Shown here: in pieces, positions 13,050-25,183 of the stretch
Layout of the letters: every line of letters begins with the position of its first letter
Numbering within the stretch: the stretch's first letter is position 1
Source: Hemiscyllium ocellatum
Taxonomy: Eukaryota
DNA length: 64,000 bases
Assembly (NCBI RefSeq): GCF_020745735.1
Contig: NC_083402.1
Coordinates: 115,154,213 to 115,218,212 of the forward strand
Direction of reading: 5' to 3'
Translations under genes and position numbers: made by a program
The notes under the pieces: model-generated
What the model was told of the DNA's origin: nothing
Databases searched by the model: none
Seen by the model: only the letters and a program-made list of their open reading frames with translations

Positions 13050-13560
13050 GTAACAAAAACATGTTCAGGAGTGGACTTAAAAGAGTGTCTCAAAGGACAC
13101 GAGAAAGGTAGAGACGCTGAAGGAGAGAATTTCTGAGTTTATGAGCCAGACAGCTGAAGGCAAGGCCATTGACGGTGGAGCAATTAAAATCTGCACACAC
13201 AAGTGGCCAAGTATGGCCAAGTGCAGACTATTGGGCTGGAAAGGGTTAAAGAGATAGCATGGACAATCTCTGGAGGGATATGAAAACATAGAGGGAAGTG
13301 TGGTGTTGGTGGACTGGTAGCCAATGTTGCTCAGCAAGCATGAGACTGAGTTCAAGTTCACAGAGAGTGAAAAATGGAAGGCTAGATAGGAGATTTTTTT
13401 GCAGTAAATGAGGTGAAAACGCCGAGCTGAGGGTTTCAGCAGTAGCTAAGCTGAAGCAGGGGTGGAGATGAAAAACATAAGAGTTGGAGATAAATTGATC
13501 TTGGGAATGGAGCAAAGGTGTGGTCAGAAGTTTATCTCAGCATCAAGTAGGTTTAGAATT
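13050..13560 (-). mobile_element. L2-type LINE 3' fragment, old
   Basis: GGAGAGAATTTCTGAG...CAGCTGAAGGCA...GGTGGAGCAATTAAAATC pattern, shared with 16450-16830 and 25740-26060. Confidence 0.55.
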
Positions 13561-14899
13561 ATACCCTTACTTTTCTACTCTGTGCTTTAATTTAAAAGGA
13601 TCATATTATCGGGATCGTCTTTAGAGTTTTAAATGACTTTAGGTAATAATTTATGAATAATGAGCTGTTAAATTAAATTGTTTGGATGAATAATTAGCTG
13701 ATTTAGCATAGTCAGGAAGTGTGACGTGTGGGTCATTAGTCTACAATTTAAACACATAAACTCTAAAGGCATGCGGTTAAATGAACATTAATTGTTCTAT
13801 TATATGTTTAACAGGACAGGACTATACTGTAATTAATATTGGTGCAAACTGAAGTGAATCTGAAATCCAAGTTCAATCAATTTGTCCAAATAAATGCTTG
13901 AAAGATCGACATTTGACTTGCTCTTTTTCTTAAAAATAAACAGCATTGGGCTCACTGACCTTTCTTATTCTCTTAAATTTCATTTTTGTTAATTTACATA
14001 TATAGAGTATAATCAGGAATACCTGGTAATATTTCTATCAGTAATTGAGTTCTAATTCATAACCTTATTTATCCACACTTGGTAGGCTGAGACATGGTGG
14101 AAAACAAATTCCTTTAACTAAGCAATTTTGAAAAAGAGCTGATAAGCATTTGCCGGTCAGTCCATTCCACAGCATTGTATGTTTATTCGCAAATATTTTC
14201 CCTGGTATTGCTAAAAAATGAATAAACGATCCATCATTAGAATGAGTTTATAAATTGTTCAGAAATTGCAACCAGAAGAAATCTTTTCAAACACAATTGC
14301 AGTGTTGCTGTTCTAAACCATCTGAGAAATGTTTCTTCCAATATTATTTTGCTTCTGAGCAATTTCAAGCTGGTCTTATGGAATCATATTCCTAGCAGGA
14401 ACAGGTCACTTTAGTGCCAATGCAAACACATGACTGTCAATAATGCAACATTAATTGTTGGGTTGTCCTGTAGAGATACACCAGGTATAAGAATTGTTTA
14501 ACATATTTCAGATTCTCTCTTTTAACATATATGAGAGACAGAATACTTTACTGAACTGGTGTGGGATCTTTTGTGAATTCTGATTTAATAACATTAAAGG
14601 GTGGGCTGTGCTACTTGCACACAGCATTGAAAGTGGTTTGCAAAGCTGATGCAGATTGGGCAGTGACACTACAGCCTCCTGTAAACTGTAAATCATGTAT
14701 GTCTATGGTGATCAGTTCAGTTTTGGTTACATCTATATGGTATTTAATACTGAAAGTAGAGTGCAATCGATCTTTGATGAGGTAAATATATGCTGCCAGA
14801 TAGCTAATATTTGGGTATGGATGCTATCCTGCAGCTTTTCTTGACCCAGTTCAAATTCTGAATGTCTTCCACTGCTGTCATCTTTGGTAAAGGAAAAAA

Positions 14900-15360
14900 A
14901 GGTTTTGCATTTATATAGCATCTTTCAAGCTCTCGGGTCGCCATACAGCCAATTAGGAATCATAAAGTATAATTACTGTTCTAATGCCAGATGTACAAGC
15001 AGGTGGCTGGAAGAACATAACAAGCGGACCACACCTAATGCCAGAAACATGCATTATATTTGTTGATGAAGTGTTACAAAAACAATGAAATGATGATTAG
15101 AAAGTCTACTTTCAACAATGTTGTTTGAGAGATAAATATTGGTTAGGTATTTGGGACAATTCTTGTGCTCTTCCATGAAGTCATGCCATAAGATCTTCAA
15201 TATTGACCCTGAGAGGAAAGACTACGAGTTTTAAATATCTCACCTTAAAGACAGCATCTCCAACACTGCATTACTGCGCTGTCAGCTTCAATTTTGTGCT
15301 CAAGTTTTCAAAGTAAGATTTGAACCCACAATCTTCTGACTCAGGCAAGAGTGCTTGCAC
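14900..15360 (-). mobile_element. DeuSINE copy
   Basis: TTGCATTTATATAGCATCTTTCA (tail), GAGATAAATATTGG, ATGCCATAAGATCTT, TTTGAACCCACAATCTTCTGACTCAG (head). Confidence 0.75.
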
Positions 15361-15759
15361 AGCTAGGCACAAAATTTAAATATGCTGTGTGCATGGCTGA
15401 AAATGCCAACAAAAGATTTTGAAGAATGTGATCCAATTGAGAGAGAGCACTTTTAATCAGCTTGACTGAATACTAGCGCACTCAAAGGCAAAAGGTACAG
15501 CAAGTGGCGAACATACTTCAAAAAAGATAATTGTTTCAGCAATGTAATATGTGAAACCAAAGTGAGCTGTAGAAATGCCGAATGCAAAACTGGAGATTAG
15601 TTGAAAAGATGAACGTGGAAGGAAAACATGGAAGAAAAGCTTTAACCCTTTCTCTTCACCCCCTAGTTCTAAGCAGAGATTCAGTAACATTGCAGTGGAA
15701 TCAGAAACAATGCAGAATGTGCAAAATATGACATCCACCTTTAGGTCTTTTCTCCAAGC

Positions 15760-16095
15760 TTTTTCTTTATTAATTAGTGGGTTGTGAACATCATTTGTAA
15801 GACCAGCATTAATTGCTCATCTCCATTTGTCCAGACAGCAGTTACTGAGTCAAAGGCATTGCTCTGGGTAGACCAGAACGGGTAAGAATGATCGTTTCCT
15901 TTATTAAAGGACATGTGTGAACCAGACGGGCTTTATCCACAACTAACATGTTTTATAAACATCATTCGACATTTAATTCCAGAATTTTGTTGGTTTCAAA
16001 TTCCACCATCTGTCATGGCTGAAATTGAATTGAAATTCCAAAATATTGCCTGGCTCTCTGGATTAATAATTGCGAAATAATTCTACTTGGCCATT
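15760..16095 (-). mobile_element. tRNA-headed SINE, same family as 808-1167
   Basis: Shares AAAGGACAT...GAACCAGA and TTCAAATTCCACCATCTGTCATGG. Confidence 0.75.
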
Positions 16096-16212
16096 ACACC
16101 CCCCCCCCCACCCCTGTTATCTCTGCCTACATTTCTGGTTACGTGTGACTCAGTGTCAAATTTTGTTTAACAATATTTCTGCAAAGCACTTTGGGACATT
16201 TTACTCTATTAG

Positions 16213-16340
16213 TCCTTCACCTGACGAAGAAGCAGTGCTCCAAAAGCTTATGATTTCAAATAAACCCATTGGACTATAATCTGGTGCCATGTGACTTCTG
16301 ACTTTGTCAACCCCTGTCCAAATCTGGCACCTCCATATCA
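16213..16340 (+). mobile_element. PLE-derived mini-element, family C, with HHR motif, tail and 11-bp TSD, inside an L2 tail
   Basis: CUGACGA-A-GAAGC-AGU-GCUCC-aAAA-GCUU at 16221-16249; TSD TACTCTATTAG (16202-16212) / TATTCTATTAG (16341-16351). Confidence 0.8.
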
Positions 16341-16528
16341 TATTCTATTAGAGGTGCATGATAAGTGTAAGTTAATGTGTTGTTGACTATTTATGCAACG
16401 TGCACTGTGTGCATTGATGCACCCATTCGGTTACCATTTTCTTACGATACTGTTGAACGTTTGACAATGAATCACACTAAATTCGTGAAGAAGTACTTGT
16501 TTAAAGAAGTAGGTTCTAAGGAGCCACT

Positions 16529-16735
16529 GCTGAAAATGTGTTGCTGGTTAGAGCACAGCAGGTTAGGCAGCATCCAAGGAACAGGAAATTCGACATTTCG
16601 GGCCAGAGCCCTTCATCAGGCTCTGGCCCAAAACTTCGAATTTCCTGTTCCTTGAATGCTGCCTAACCTGCTGTGCTCTAAACAGCAACACATTTTCAGC
16701 TCTGATCTCCAGCATCTGCAGACCTCACTTTTTAC
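16529..16735. mobile_element. PLE-derived fold-back mini-element, family A, 14-bp TSD
   Basis: Inverted arms 16529-16609 and 16620-16700, 35-nt tail 16701-16735, perfect TSD TCTAAGGAGCCACT at 16515-16528 and 16736-16749. Confidence 0.92.
16592..16619 (-). ncRNA. Hammerhead core (stem I disrupted by the inversion junction)
   Basis: Minus strand reads CUGAUGA-A-GGGC-UCUG-GCCC-GAAA-U-GUC. Confidence 0.65.
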
Positions 16736-16934
16736 TCTAAGGAGCCACTTCAAAGGAAGAGAACAAGTAAAGAGGTTTACAGGAGAAATTCTAGAGCTTA
16801 AGGCCCATGCAGCATGCCTTTCAATACACTTGCCTTGTTGTATAGCCGGAAAAAGGTGATAAACCAAAATGATAAACCAAAGTCTGATTTTACAGATTGA
16901 GTTATAATATCTCTTATGTTAGTTTTGTTCATTT

Positions 16935-17065
16935 TTAAAAATCCTTTCCTGGGATGTGGGCATCACCTGTGAGTGATTTTATTATCCATCTCCAATTTCT
17001 TGGAGAATGGATGGTGAGATTACTTTTTGAATAACTGCAGTCCTTGGGGTTTAGGTACACCCCCA
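16935..17065 (-). mobile_element. CR1-like LINE 3' end sharing its tail with the 808-1167 SINE family
   Basis: GGGATGTGGGCATC tail continues into GGTGAG...TTGAATAACTGCAGTCC...AGGTACACCC instead of the SINE body; a plus-strand counterpart lies near 35380-35530. Confidence 0.55.
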
Positions 17066-17174
17066 GATTTGTTAGAATTCAATGGTGAATCATGTAATTT
17101 TATTCTACTTTCTTTGTCAATTTTTGTATTTTCATTTAGTACTACAGAACTTGTGAATTGCTGAACAGAATAGA

Positions 17175-17610
17175 ATTTGGAAAAACTGTTTGTCTTGCAC
17201 TTGAGATAATTCACAAGAATACTAATTTGGTAGAAAACTAGCATTTATACTGCATGAAAAGAGAGTACTGATTGGTTGGCAACTGGATTGTGATAGAGGC
17301 TTACAGTATTTAATGATGGTTCACAGTTAACTCCCAGACTTTGTTTAAATTTTAAACCAGTCAAGTTGATCCCGACTAAGACATAAACCCAAGAAATGAA
17401 TTAGTGAATGGTTGCTAAGTTGAAACACGCACGATACAAGTACGTATTATTTCTGTCTTCAAAGAAATAGTATGCTCTATAATAATATAGGTAGCTTCCA
17501 ATACATATATGTGCACCACACTGTGAATCTGACTGATGTTTCTAAATTGGTTATCAGTGTAATCATTTTAACATACAGATTTTTCCAACAAATATCCATT
17601 TGTACAATGA
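17175..17610 (-). mobile_element. Old Penelope-like element 3' end (family D)
   Basis: Minus translation GYLLEKSVC*NDYTDNQFRNISQIHSVVHIYVLEATYI (GIY-YIG C-terminal LEAxxI-type motif); 3' region aligns with 4455-4760. Confidence 0.6.
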
Positions 17611-18047
17611 TATCAAATGTTAGACAGTTTTGCAAGCATGAACTAGTTGATTAACATTTGTACAGCTGAAATGATATGTTGTTTAATAAGATCTTTTTGG
17701 AATGTACAACCTTCAGACCTGGTACTAAACTACCACTGAAATTCACATATAAAACTGCTCGTATTTTTGATAGACATTTTTGGGCATGGCAGCCGTACCC
17801 TGATAGTGACAAATGCCTCTACTGGTATTGCCAATCGCCCTTGAGAGCGCAAGATAAAAAGATTTGACAAGTGTGTCTTTTCTCAGCAATGCTTGAGATT
17901 ATTTTTGATGTGAACCTTATTATTTAATTTGTGTGTTTCATGTCATGTGTACCTTGGTCTCCACAGCAGTGGGACTAACTACTACAAAGGCTTGCTTTCC
18001 CTCCACACATCTTTACAACCATCTACAAGAAAACTAATGATATGTTT

Positions 18048-18230
18048 AAAGTTAAAAATCACACAACACCAGGTTATAGTCCAACAGGTTTATTTGGAAA
18101 CACTAGTTTTCAGAGTGCTGCTCCTTTGCTCTGAAAGCTGGTACTTCCAATTAAACCTTTTGGACTATAACCTGGTGCTGTGATTTTTAAATTTGTACAC
18201 TCCAGTCCAACATCGGCACCTCCACATCAT
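18048..18230. mobile_element. PLE-derived fold-back mini-element, family C
   Basis: Inverted arms about 18048-18126 and 18127-18194 (ACCAGGTTATAGTCCAA / TTGGACTATAACCTGGT) plus a 36-nt tail 18195-18230 matching 16305-16340. Confidence 0.88.
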
Positions 18231-18371
18231 AATTATATTATGTCGTTACCAGAGTTTATAAAATATGTGTATAAAGCTTACCTATTAGGATCTTTTACTT
18301 ATATGTTTTCTGTAAACTTTAACAAAATATAATTCTTGGTGACGAATTTGGTCTAATGAAACAATTATTTC

Positions 18372-18560
18372 AAAAAAAAACTGTGGATACTGGAAATCTG
18401 GAACAAAAACAGAAATGAATGGAAAAACTCAGCAGGTCTAGCAACATCTGTGGAGAGAAAGCAGTTTTGAAGAAGGGTCATTGGACCAGAAAGATTGACA
18501 TTACTTTCTCTCCACAGATGCTGCTTGGTCTGCTGAGTTTCTTTATCTGTTTCTGTTTTC
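18372..18560. mobile_element. PLE-derived fold-back mini-element, family B, central degenerate HHR
   Basis: Arms ACTCAGCAGG...CATCTGTGGAGAGAAAG / CTTTCTCTCCACAGATG...CTGCTGAGT; centre uUGAAGA-A-GGGUC-AUUG-GACCa-GAAA. Confidence 0.85.
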
Positions 18561-18829
18561 TTTCTCTCTTTTTTTGCTGGTTTCTGTGTTACATTTATGT
18601 ATAATTTCTTCAAATGTCCAAACCAGAATAACAGGAATCAGCAGATTTTGACTTAAGGATTTGGACCAGCATTTGAACACAATCTCATTGATGCTATAAA
18701 GCAGAGCAGAAGGTATGTTACATTATTGATGCTTTGTTGGTGCCACCATCTACAAACATGTGAAAAAGGTTCCACATGTCCCCATCTTCTCCATGTACTT
18801 GACAACACTAATGTTTTCAGTGACCTTGC

Positions 18830-19690
18830 TGAAACTTTCACCTCAGGCCAAACTTTACTTCCTTTGGTTCACTGCAAAGATCAAATCTTTTGGGGTTGGC
18901 TTATGTAGCACATTCCTCTCCCTTACTATTCATTCTCCATTGCCAGAACTTGCCTCTTAGTCAAGCAATTTTCAGTCATGACATCCTATTTGATTTTGAG
19001 CTTGAACGCTCAAACAAAGCTGGCACGTCGGTGGGATTGCTACATTAATAGTGACATTATCCACAAACATATGAAGACTTCTAGCTTTATCTTTGCTATT
19101 TTTAGATACCATCTGCCTCCAATGCAAAGATCACTTGCATTTGCCTTTTGGACATAACCAGTCTCCAACTCTCAGTCAGCCTAAAGGCTGCTGAGATTCT
19201 CATACTTAAAATTTCTGTGATCTCCAGAATTGACTCAGTCAGTGCCTTCCTTGCTGTTATATTCTCAATCTCTTAGGCTTATCCAAAACTCTTCCAGAGC
19301 CACCCTATTCTGCAATAATTTGTCCATTACTTCAATTCAGCTTGAAACATCATGAAACCAAAAACAGAACTTTTCTCCCATTGTTAAATGCTGATAATGT
19401 TTTTCCTCTCTGTTTCTGCTAATTGTCCTGATCACAATGTTTTCTGTTCTCCAGAATATTATCTTCCCCTTCCTTCATTTTTCCAGTAACAGCACAATCT
19501 TTCAATGCCTGAGCTCAGCAATTCCATCCCTGAATGTTACCACTTTCTTTTCTTCCTTAAAGAAAGCCCTTTTCAAAATCCAAGCCATTATTCACCCTTA
19601 TGATCTTTACTCTGGCTTCAGGTTCTGTTGTCTTCTGTGCCCATCTGCTCAGCACTCTATATATTGTTGCTGCTAATTTTAGTGTTCAAG
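18830..19690 (+). mobile_element. Highly decayed L2-type LINE fragment
   Basis: Pyrimidine-rich; CTTATCCAAAACTCT, ATTCCATCCCTGAA...CTTTTCAAAATC...CTATATATTGTTGCTG resemble the reverse complement of 13050-13560. Confidence 0.45.
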
Positions 19691-20269
19691 TGCTTGACCT
19701 GGTCACACAATGATCTCTTGTCGACATGTTTAGTGGTGGAATAACACTTAGATTCATCGAGGAACGTCGGGGAGCATGAAGCGTTTATCTGTGTCCAGTG
19801 CTAATAATAGTTTCTGGACCTCCATCTGAACACTACATTTGGCTGAATAACAAGAACCTTTTGCACAATATGACAAGTTAATAAAAATAAGTATCTCAAT
19901 AAACAACATACTGGCATGCTCCAACCTGCCAGAAGCATAGTTTTGTTACTATATCATTTATCTGGAATGCAATAATCCATAATTACTATATAGAATAATT
20001 GTGAATTTAATTGATTTGTTCCTTATAACACTGTGGCCAGATCTCTATTACTATGCTGTGTAGTAACTCATCTCCACACACCACCATTGGCATTCTAAAG
20101 AGAAGGCAAATGTTTAGTCAGTGCCATTGGCCCTCAAGATTATTAATAATATTAAGCCAGTGTTCAGTCCTGTATCTGTGATTTTGAATAGTAAGAATGA
20201 AATTCTAATTTTGCATAGAGATTTCCTCTCATTAGTTCCACATTCCAAATGCTACCAACAATGGAGGTT

Positions 20270-20560
20270 TACCTTCCTCTTGTTTTTAGGTAGTCCTTAG
20301 ACTTAAAGACATCTTTGACTTCACTGGTTCTACATTTGCTGATAAGTCTAACATGTGATCTGTATACACTGGCATGTGTCCTTGAGGTGTAGATGTTTGG
20401 ATTGATGGGAGGTTTGAGTCCTCCTTCTAGCATCTCAAACTTGTCTCTCCGCACTCCTAACAAAGTCTTTTCAGCAGCTTCCCAAATGAACCCTCTCCAT
20501 TTTAGTTGGAGTTGGGAAGCTGGGTCATGAGGAATGGGTGGGTCTGAGAGATCAGAGTTT
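20270..20560 (-). mobile_element. RTE-type LINE 3' end, decayed
   Basis: Minus strand KWRGFIWEAAE...RSHVRLIS resembles an RTE ORF C-terminus, followed by GGACTACCTAAAAACAAGAGGAAG tail. Confidence 0.55.
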
Positions 20561-21489
20561 GTGAGGCTATAATTCAACAAAGCAACTTGGACAAAGTGCC
20601 AGAGAACCAAGACATGTTTTTAAGTGCCATAACACATGGATGTCCCTATCACCACCTCAGATCTGTAATTGGCCTGACTTCATCCTGCATTAACATTTGT
20701 GTTTGCACCCACCCCATCTCCCCAACACCACCTCTCCACAAATCTCAAATGGGACACATCTTTATGGCTCAAACTAATTATCTTGAGAGTGGAAATCCAA
20801 AATAGTTCAGAGAGCTCTGAGGAATGCATTAAAGGAAAGTCCAGACTTTTGAGTCTATACTATTCTATGTTAATCAGACCTCTGTGTATGCCTGTCTAAT
20901 GCATCTAACACCATCATCTCTCATTTAACACAATAATCTTTTACATGATACTTTGATCAATGGTCTTTTGTGTAGCCATTCAAGAACATCATGGTCGATC
21001 ACTTGTTTCAATGTGCTCCAGTTCCATTGAGCTAAGTAGCTTTGCTAGGATGTTGTGTGTATTTGTAAAAATGGGGCGATCAATGTTCCTTGGAAATCAG
21101 TGTACTGTTGGACCCAAAATATTCAGGTTATCAGCACTACCTCTTCACTATGCCAGTGGAAATTATGACAATCGATATAAGTGGCATTATGAATACATAA
21201 ACTGAATAACATTAAATGAAGTGCCCCATATCTTGAAAAACATTTATCCAAACACATCATAGAAAATGAATACATATATATTTTAATATATAACTCAAAT
21301 AACAGTCATTTTAGAGTATTATTGGTTTCAGCTTTGACTCTGCTATAGTGAGTGGTGACATCTGAGCTCCATAGATAACATTTCTATGACTGAGTTAATA
21401 CCTATTTCATTAATAAACATGCAGTCATATATTGCTGAAAATGGGAATTTATTGTACATGCAACATATTTCCTTATTTCTTAAAAAGTG

Positions 21490-21800
21490 TGCTTCCAGCA
21501 ACTTGTCACAGTTAAGATAGTGTAGAGAAGCTTTGATACCATAGTACCATATTGAAAGCTATATGAATAGATTAGAGAAGCTGGATTCATACAGAAGAGA
21601 TGATCGAAAGGTGATCTGAAAGAATCATCAAAAGCCTTGAAGTGTTTTGATACAGCAATTAAGGAGTAACTATTTCCAGTAGGGCTGGTAACCAATAGAT
21701 ATATATCAAGGGTGATTGGCCGAAATGCAAGAGAAGAGACAAGGAAACATTTCCTGATCAAAGAACCACACAACGGTACAGCACAGTAGGAAGCATCTAC
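21490..21800 (+). mobile_element. Old CR1 RT C-terminal fragment
   Basis: ATGAATAGATTAGAGAAGCTGGATT...AGGTGATCTGA pattern (YxxRLxxLGL...GDL). Confidence 0.55.
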
Positions 21801-22429
21801 CTTATCAGGCTTTTGAAAGTGAGCCAATTAGTTCTACTCCCTGTTGCTTTTTGCCTGCAACCTTGAAAATTTATCTTTTGAATATATAGTCAATTTGCTT
21901 TTGAAAGATATTGGTGACTTTGTTTCAGACAGTGTGTTCAGGAATATTGTTGCATTAAAAAAATCTCCAGCCTGTTCCCCATCCCCACCTCATTGTCATC
22001 TGCTTGCAGCCCTCTATATCTGCACCTGAACTTTAGTGATGGCAAATCTACCATGTCATAAGTAACATACGGATGCAAGTTCCTGACCTTACTTTCAGCT
22101 CATAATGCAGACAGTGCATGATGCTAGGCTGCCATGTTAATGTTTAATAGGATCCTCAGCTCCTAGAAAGGGAAATTTTTATTTGCTATTGGACAGTCTG
22201 GACTTCAAAATGTCTTCTGACATTTGAGTTCTGCCTTCATTGTTTTGCATATGTGGACTTACTGCTCATTCCATTTTCATTTCTTGCCCATGTTAAAAAA
22301 AAATGCTTTTCTTAGTCATGCATTCAATCCCAATTGACCGATTCATATTTATTCTTCCAGCATTTGTAAATGATTGTTTTTAAAACTGAGTGGATTGCAT
22401 TTCCAAAAGTTCAGTTCCCTTTGAACTTC

Positions 22430-22760
22430 AAGTGGAATCATACTGTTTAGAAAGAGGCTATTTAACCTTTCTTCTCTGCAATTTCTTTTTCAAACAAGTA
22501 TCCAGTTAATTCTACTCCCCTGGAATTTCCCCATAGCCCTGCAAATTTATCCTTTTGAAATGCTTATCTAATTTCATTTGTAAAGTTATTATTGAATCTA
22601 CTTCCATCACCTTCTCAGACAAAACATTCTCAATCATGACTTACAGCATAATTTAAACAAAACACTCATCTCCTCTCTGGTTCTTTTACAAATTATATTA
22701 ATCAGTCTCCCTTGGTGACTGACCCTTCACTAGAAACAATTTCTCTCAGTTAACTCATAA
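22430..22760 (-). mobile_element. Old CR1-like 3' tail fragment
   Basis: Homologous to 12790-12970. Confidence 0.5.
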
Positions 22761-23299
22761 TCAAAATACGTGCTCCATTTGTAAGAGGAAAATGAACATC
22801 TGATGTATATTTGGAAGGGAGCGTACATGTGTGTCTGTGTCTAGGGGTGCAAGTATATGTGTTTGTGTGTACATGTGTCTGTGTTTCATGTTTAACTGGA
22901 GGTATGTACTCATTATACCTGTCTGCTGCTCAAAATATGGTCTTAAATCATCACCATTGAATTGGATGAATTGGCCACTTATCTCAGTGCTATGTATGGG
23001 TCTTGCAAACTGCTTATGTTTGCCTATGCACCAAAAACTGAATTGACAGTGAAGGAAGGGTCCTAACCCTTCACATAAAAGTTGAAGCTAAGCCCATGTC
23101 CATTTGGCAAACTCAGTAAGCAGTCATTAAACAGTAGATGGTCTTCAATCAATTGAGGTAGGACGCCTGTCTCTCTCCAAGAAACAGTTCCATCTCTGGC
23201 AAGTACTGACCAACTGGAGGGCTAGCAATTCAGCAGCTGAGTAAGAGAAGTGGCCACAACTGAGACTGCAGTGAGGCAATTCAGTGTTGGACCAGGAGC

Positions 23300-23410
23300 C
23301 CAGACCCACAGCAATGTGGTTGACTCTTAACAGCAGTCTAGACAATTAAGGATGGGCAATAATTGCTGGACAGCCATTGATGCCCACACCCTAAGAATGA
23401 ATAAAAAAAA
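23300..23410 (+). mobile_element. 3' half of tRNA-headed SINE (808-1167 family)
   Basis: CAGACCCACAGCAATGTGGTTGACTCTTAAC...GGATGGGCAATAATTGCTGG...ATGCCCACACCC...GAATAAAAAAAA. Confidence 0.8.
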
Positions 23411-23914
23411 GGAAAGGAAGGTTAACAGACCCTGGTATGAAGTGGAAGAGGTTTGAACAATAAGACTAGTCCATGGATAGGCAGAAGGCTCACACTTTGG
23501 ATGTTTCAGATGGACTCAGGAGATAATTCCATCAGGAGACAATTTCCCAACCAGAACCCCATTCTGCTATGATGGCAGCAGTGCTTACCATGATTTACTT
23601 GACAGCCTGGTGAACAAATATCAGCATCTCTCGCCACAGATAAAATCACAGGAGAAGCAAGAAAAGGCCATTAAGTGGGCATTGATTGTGCTCTTAAAAG
23701 CCTCGATTTCCCTACAGACAAGTGGCTGTTAACCTTTCCCCAGCCTGAACAGGATTGTAACAGGGATGGCTTGGCATTAGCAATAGCACAATAGCATTGC
23801 TTTCATGGTGCCCAAATCCCAAATCTACTCCCTCCCACCATCACCCCCCATTGCCTTTCCTTGCACTGCACTTATTGAAGGTGATTATAGTTGCCACAAA
23901 TTTCTTGCTTTAAT

Positions 23915-24125
23915 ACAAAACAAAAAAACTATGGATGGTGGAGATCTGAAATAAAAACGGAAAGCATTGGAGAAAATCAGCAGGTCTGGCAGCATCTGCA
24001 AAAATAAAAAGAGTTAATGTTTTGAATCCTGTGAACATTCTGCAGAACATGAAGCATTAACCTTTTTTCTCTTTACAGCTGCTGCCAGACCTATTAAGTT
24101 TCTGCAGTAATTTCTGTTTTGTTTG
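23915..24125. mobile_element. PLE-derived fold-back mini-element, family B, old
   Basis: Arms CAGCAGGTCTGGCAGCATCTG / CAGCTGCTGCCAGACCT with the antisense tail on the left. Confidence 0.75.
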
Positions 24126-25124
24126 CTTTGAAAAAAAACCACATTGGTCGGACCTGGGATGGCAAAATAAAATGTATAGATTAATCCATCTTTATTTAGT
24201 TGTTTTCAAAGTGATTTAATTAAGTGTGAGAAGGTTTACAACAATGTATCCCATCTTGTTGTAACTTAATGCTGAATGACAGATTATGGCAGATTGCCCA
24301 AATGCCATGCAGTATGAGGAGCCAATATCATTGCTTCTCAACAGACTAGACTTACAACCTGTAAAGTTTAAACTGGACAGTTTAATTTGTGCACAAGTCT
24401 CAAGATATTTCTTAACTACAAACCTTGACTTTTAACATGGCAGCTGGGTCTATTATTATCTCCAGCAGCTGTGCTCAGTGGTGTGGAAATTTCAATTATT
24501 AAAGTTTTCAGTAACATTTCAACAACAGCAGAGAGACCATTGTCCTGTAATGTGGTGCATTCATGTAGTTCCTTGATGGGCTTCTTTAAAGAAAACTGTC
24601 AGGGCAACTGAATCAAAAAGTGATCTCTTATGCATTCAGTTCTTTATTTTTAGCAACATGTACATTTCTTCCAACTACGCTTTGCACAATACGAGTTTCT
24701 GCATTACATAACTCTGCCTTTGAATTAGGTGCTCCTCTTCAACGAACTAAAGTTGCCTCCTGTCACACCCACATAATAGGTTTTCCTGAAAGTGGTCTCT
24801 GAATCTAAAAATTGCATATAGCTATTGTTCCATTTTGATTTTCAAGTGTTTAAATATAAATATTGTCAGCAGCATAGTATTATCTTTAAAATATGACAAA
24901 CCACCTCTGAAAAGTACTTAAGTGAAGTAAAATGATTAAATTATCAGTTGAAATAAAAAGTTAAAGATGAGGATGATCCACATGAGGATAAAAATGAGAC
25001 AGTCCTGAAAATTGTTGTAAGTCTGACTTGTTTGAAGGTACTTTTTCTCTGAGGTGCAGCATCATTGATAAATTCTGTAGTTAAATCGATGGGAGATTGC
25101 TCCTACAGGCAGATTAAGCAGAAG

Positions 25125-25183
25125 TCCTGCTCCTCAGATGATGCCTGACCTGCTGTGCTTTTCCAGCACCACTCTGATCTAAA
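25125..25183 (+). mobile_element. PLE pseudo-LTR fragment, family A, tail-less, no HHR core
   Basis: TCCTGCTCCTCAGATGATGCCTGACCTGCTGTGCTTTTCCAGCACCACTCTGATCTAAA. Confidence 0.85.

Noticed and set aside
16529-16700. Hairpin as a pre-miRNA or classical MITE
   Set aside because: Arms are PLE pseudo-LTR sequence, the tail is asymmetric, and TSDs are long and variable.
20272-20568. Minus-strand ORF with apparent acceptor and donor as a host exon
   Set aside because: Sequence resembles a decayed RTE LINE 3' end including its tail.
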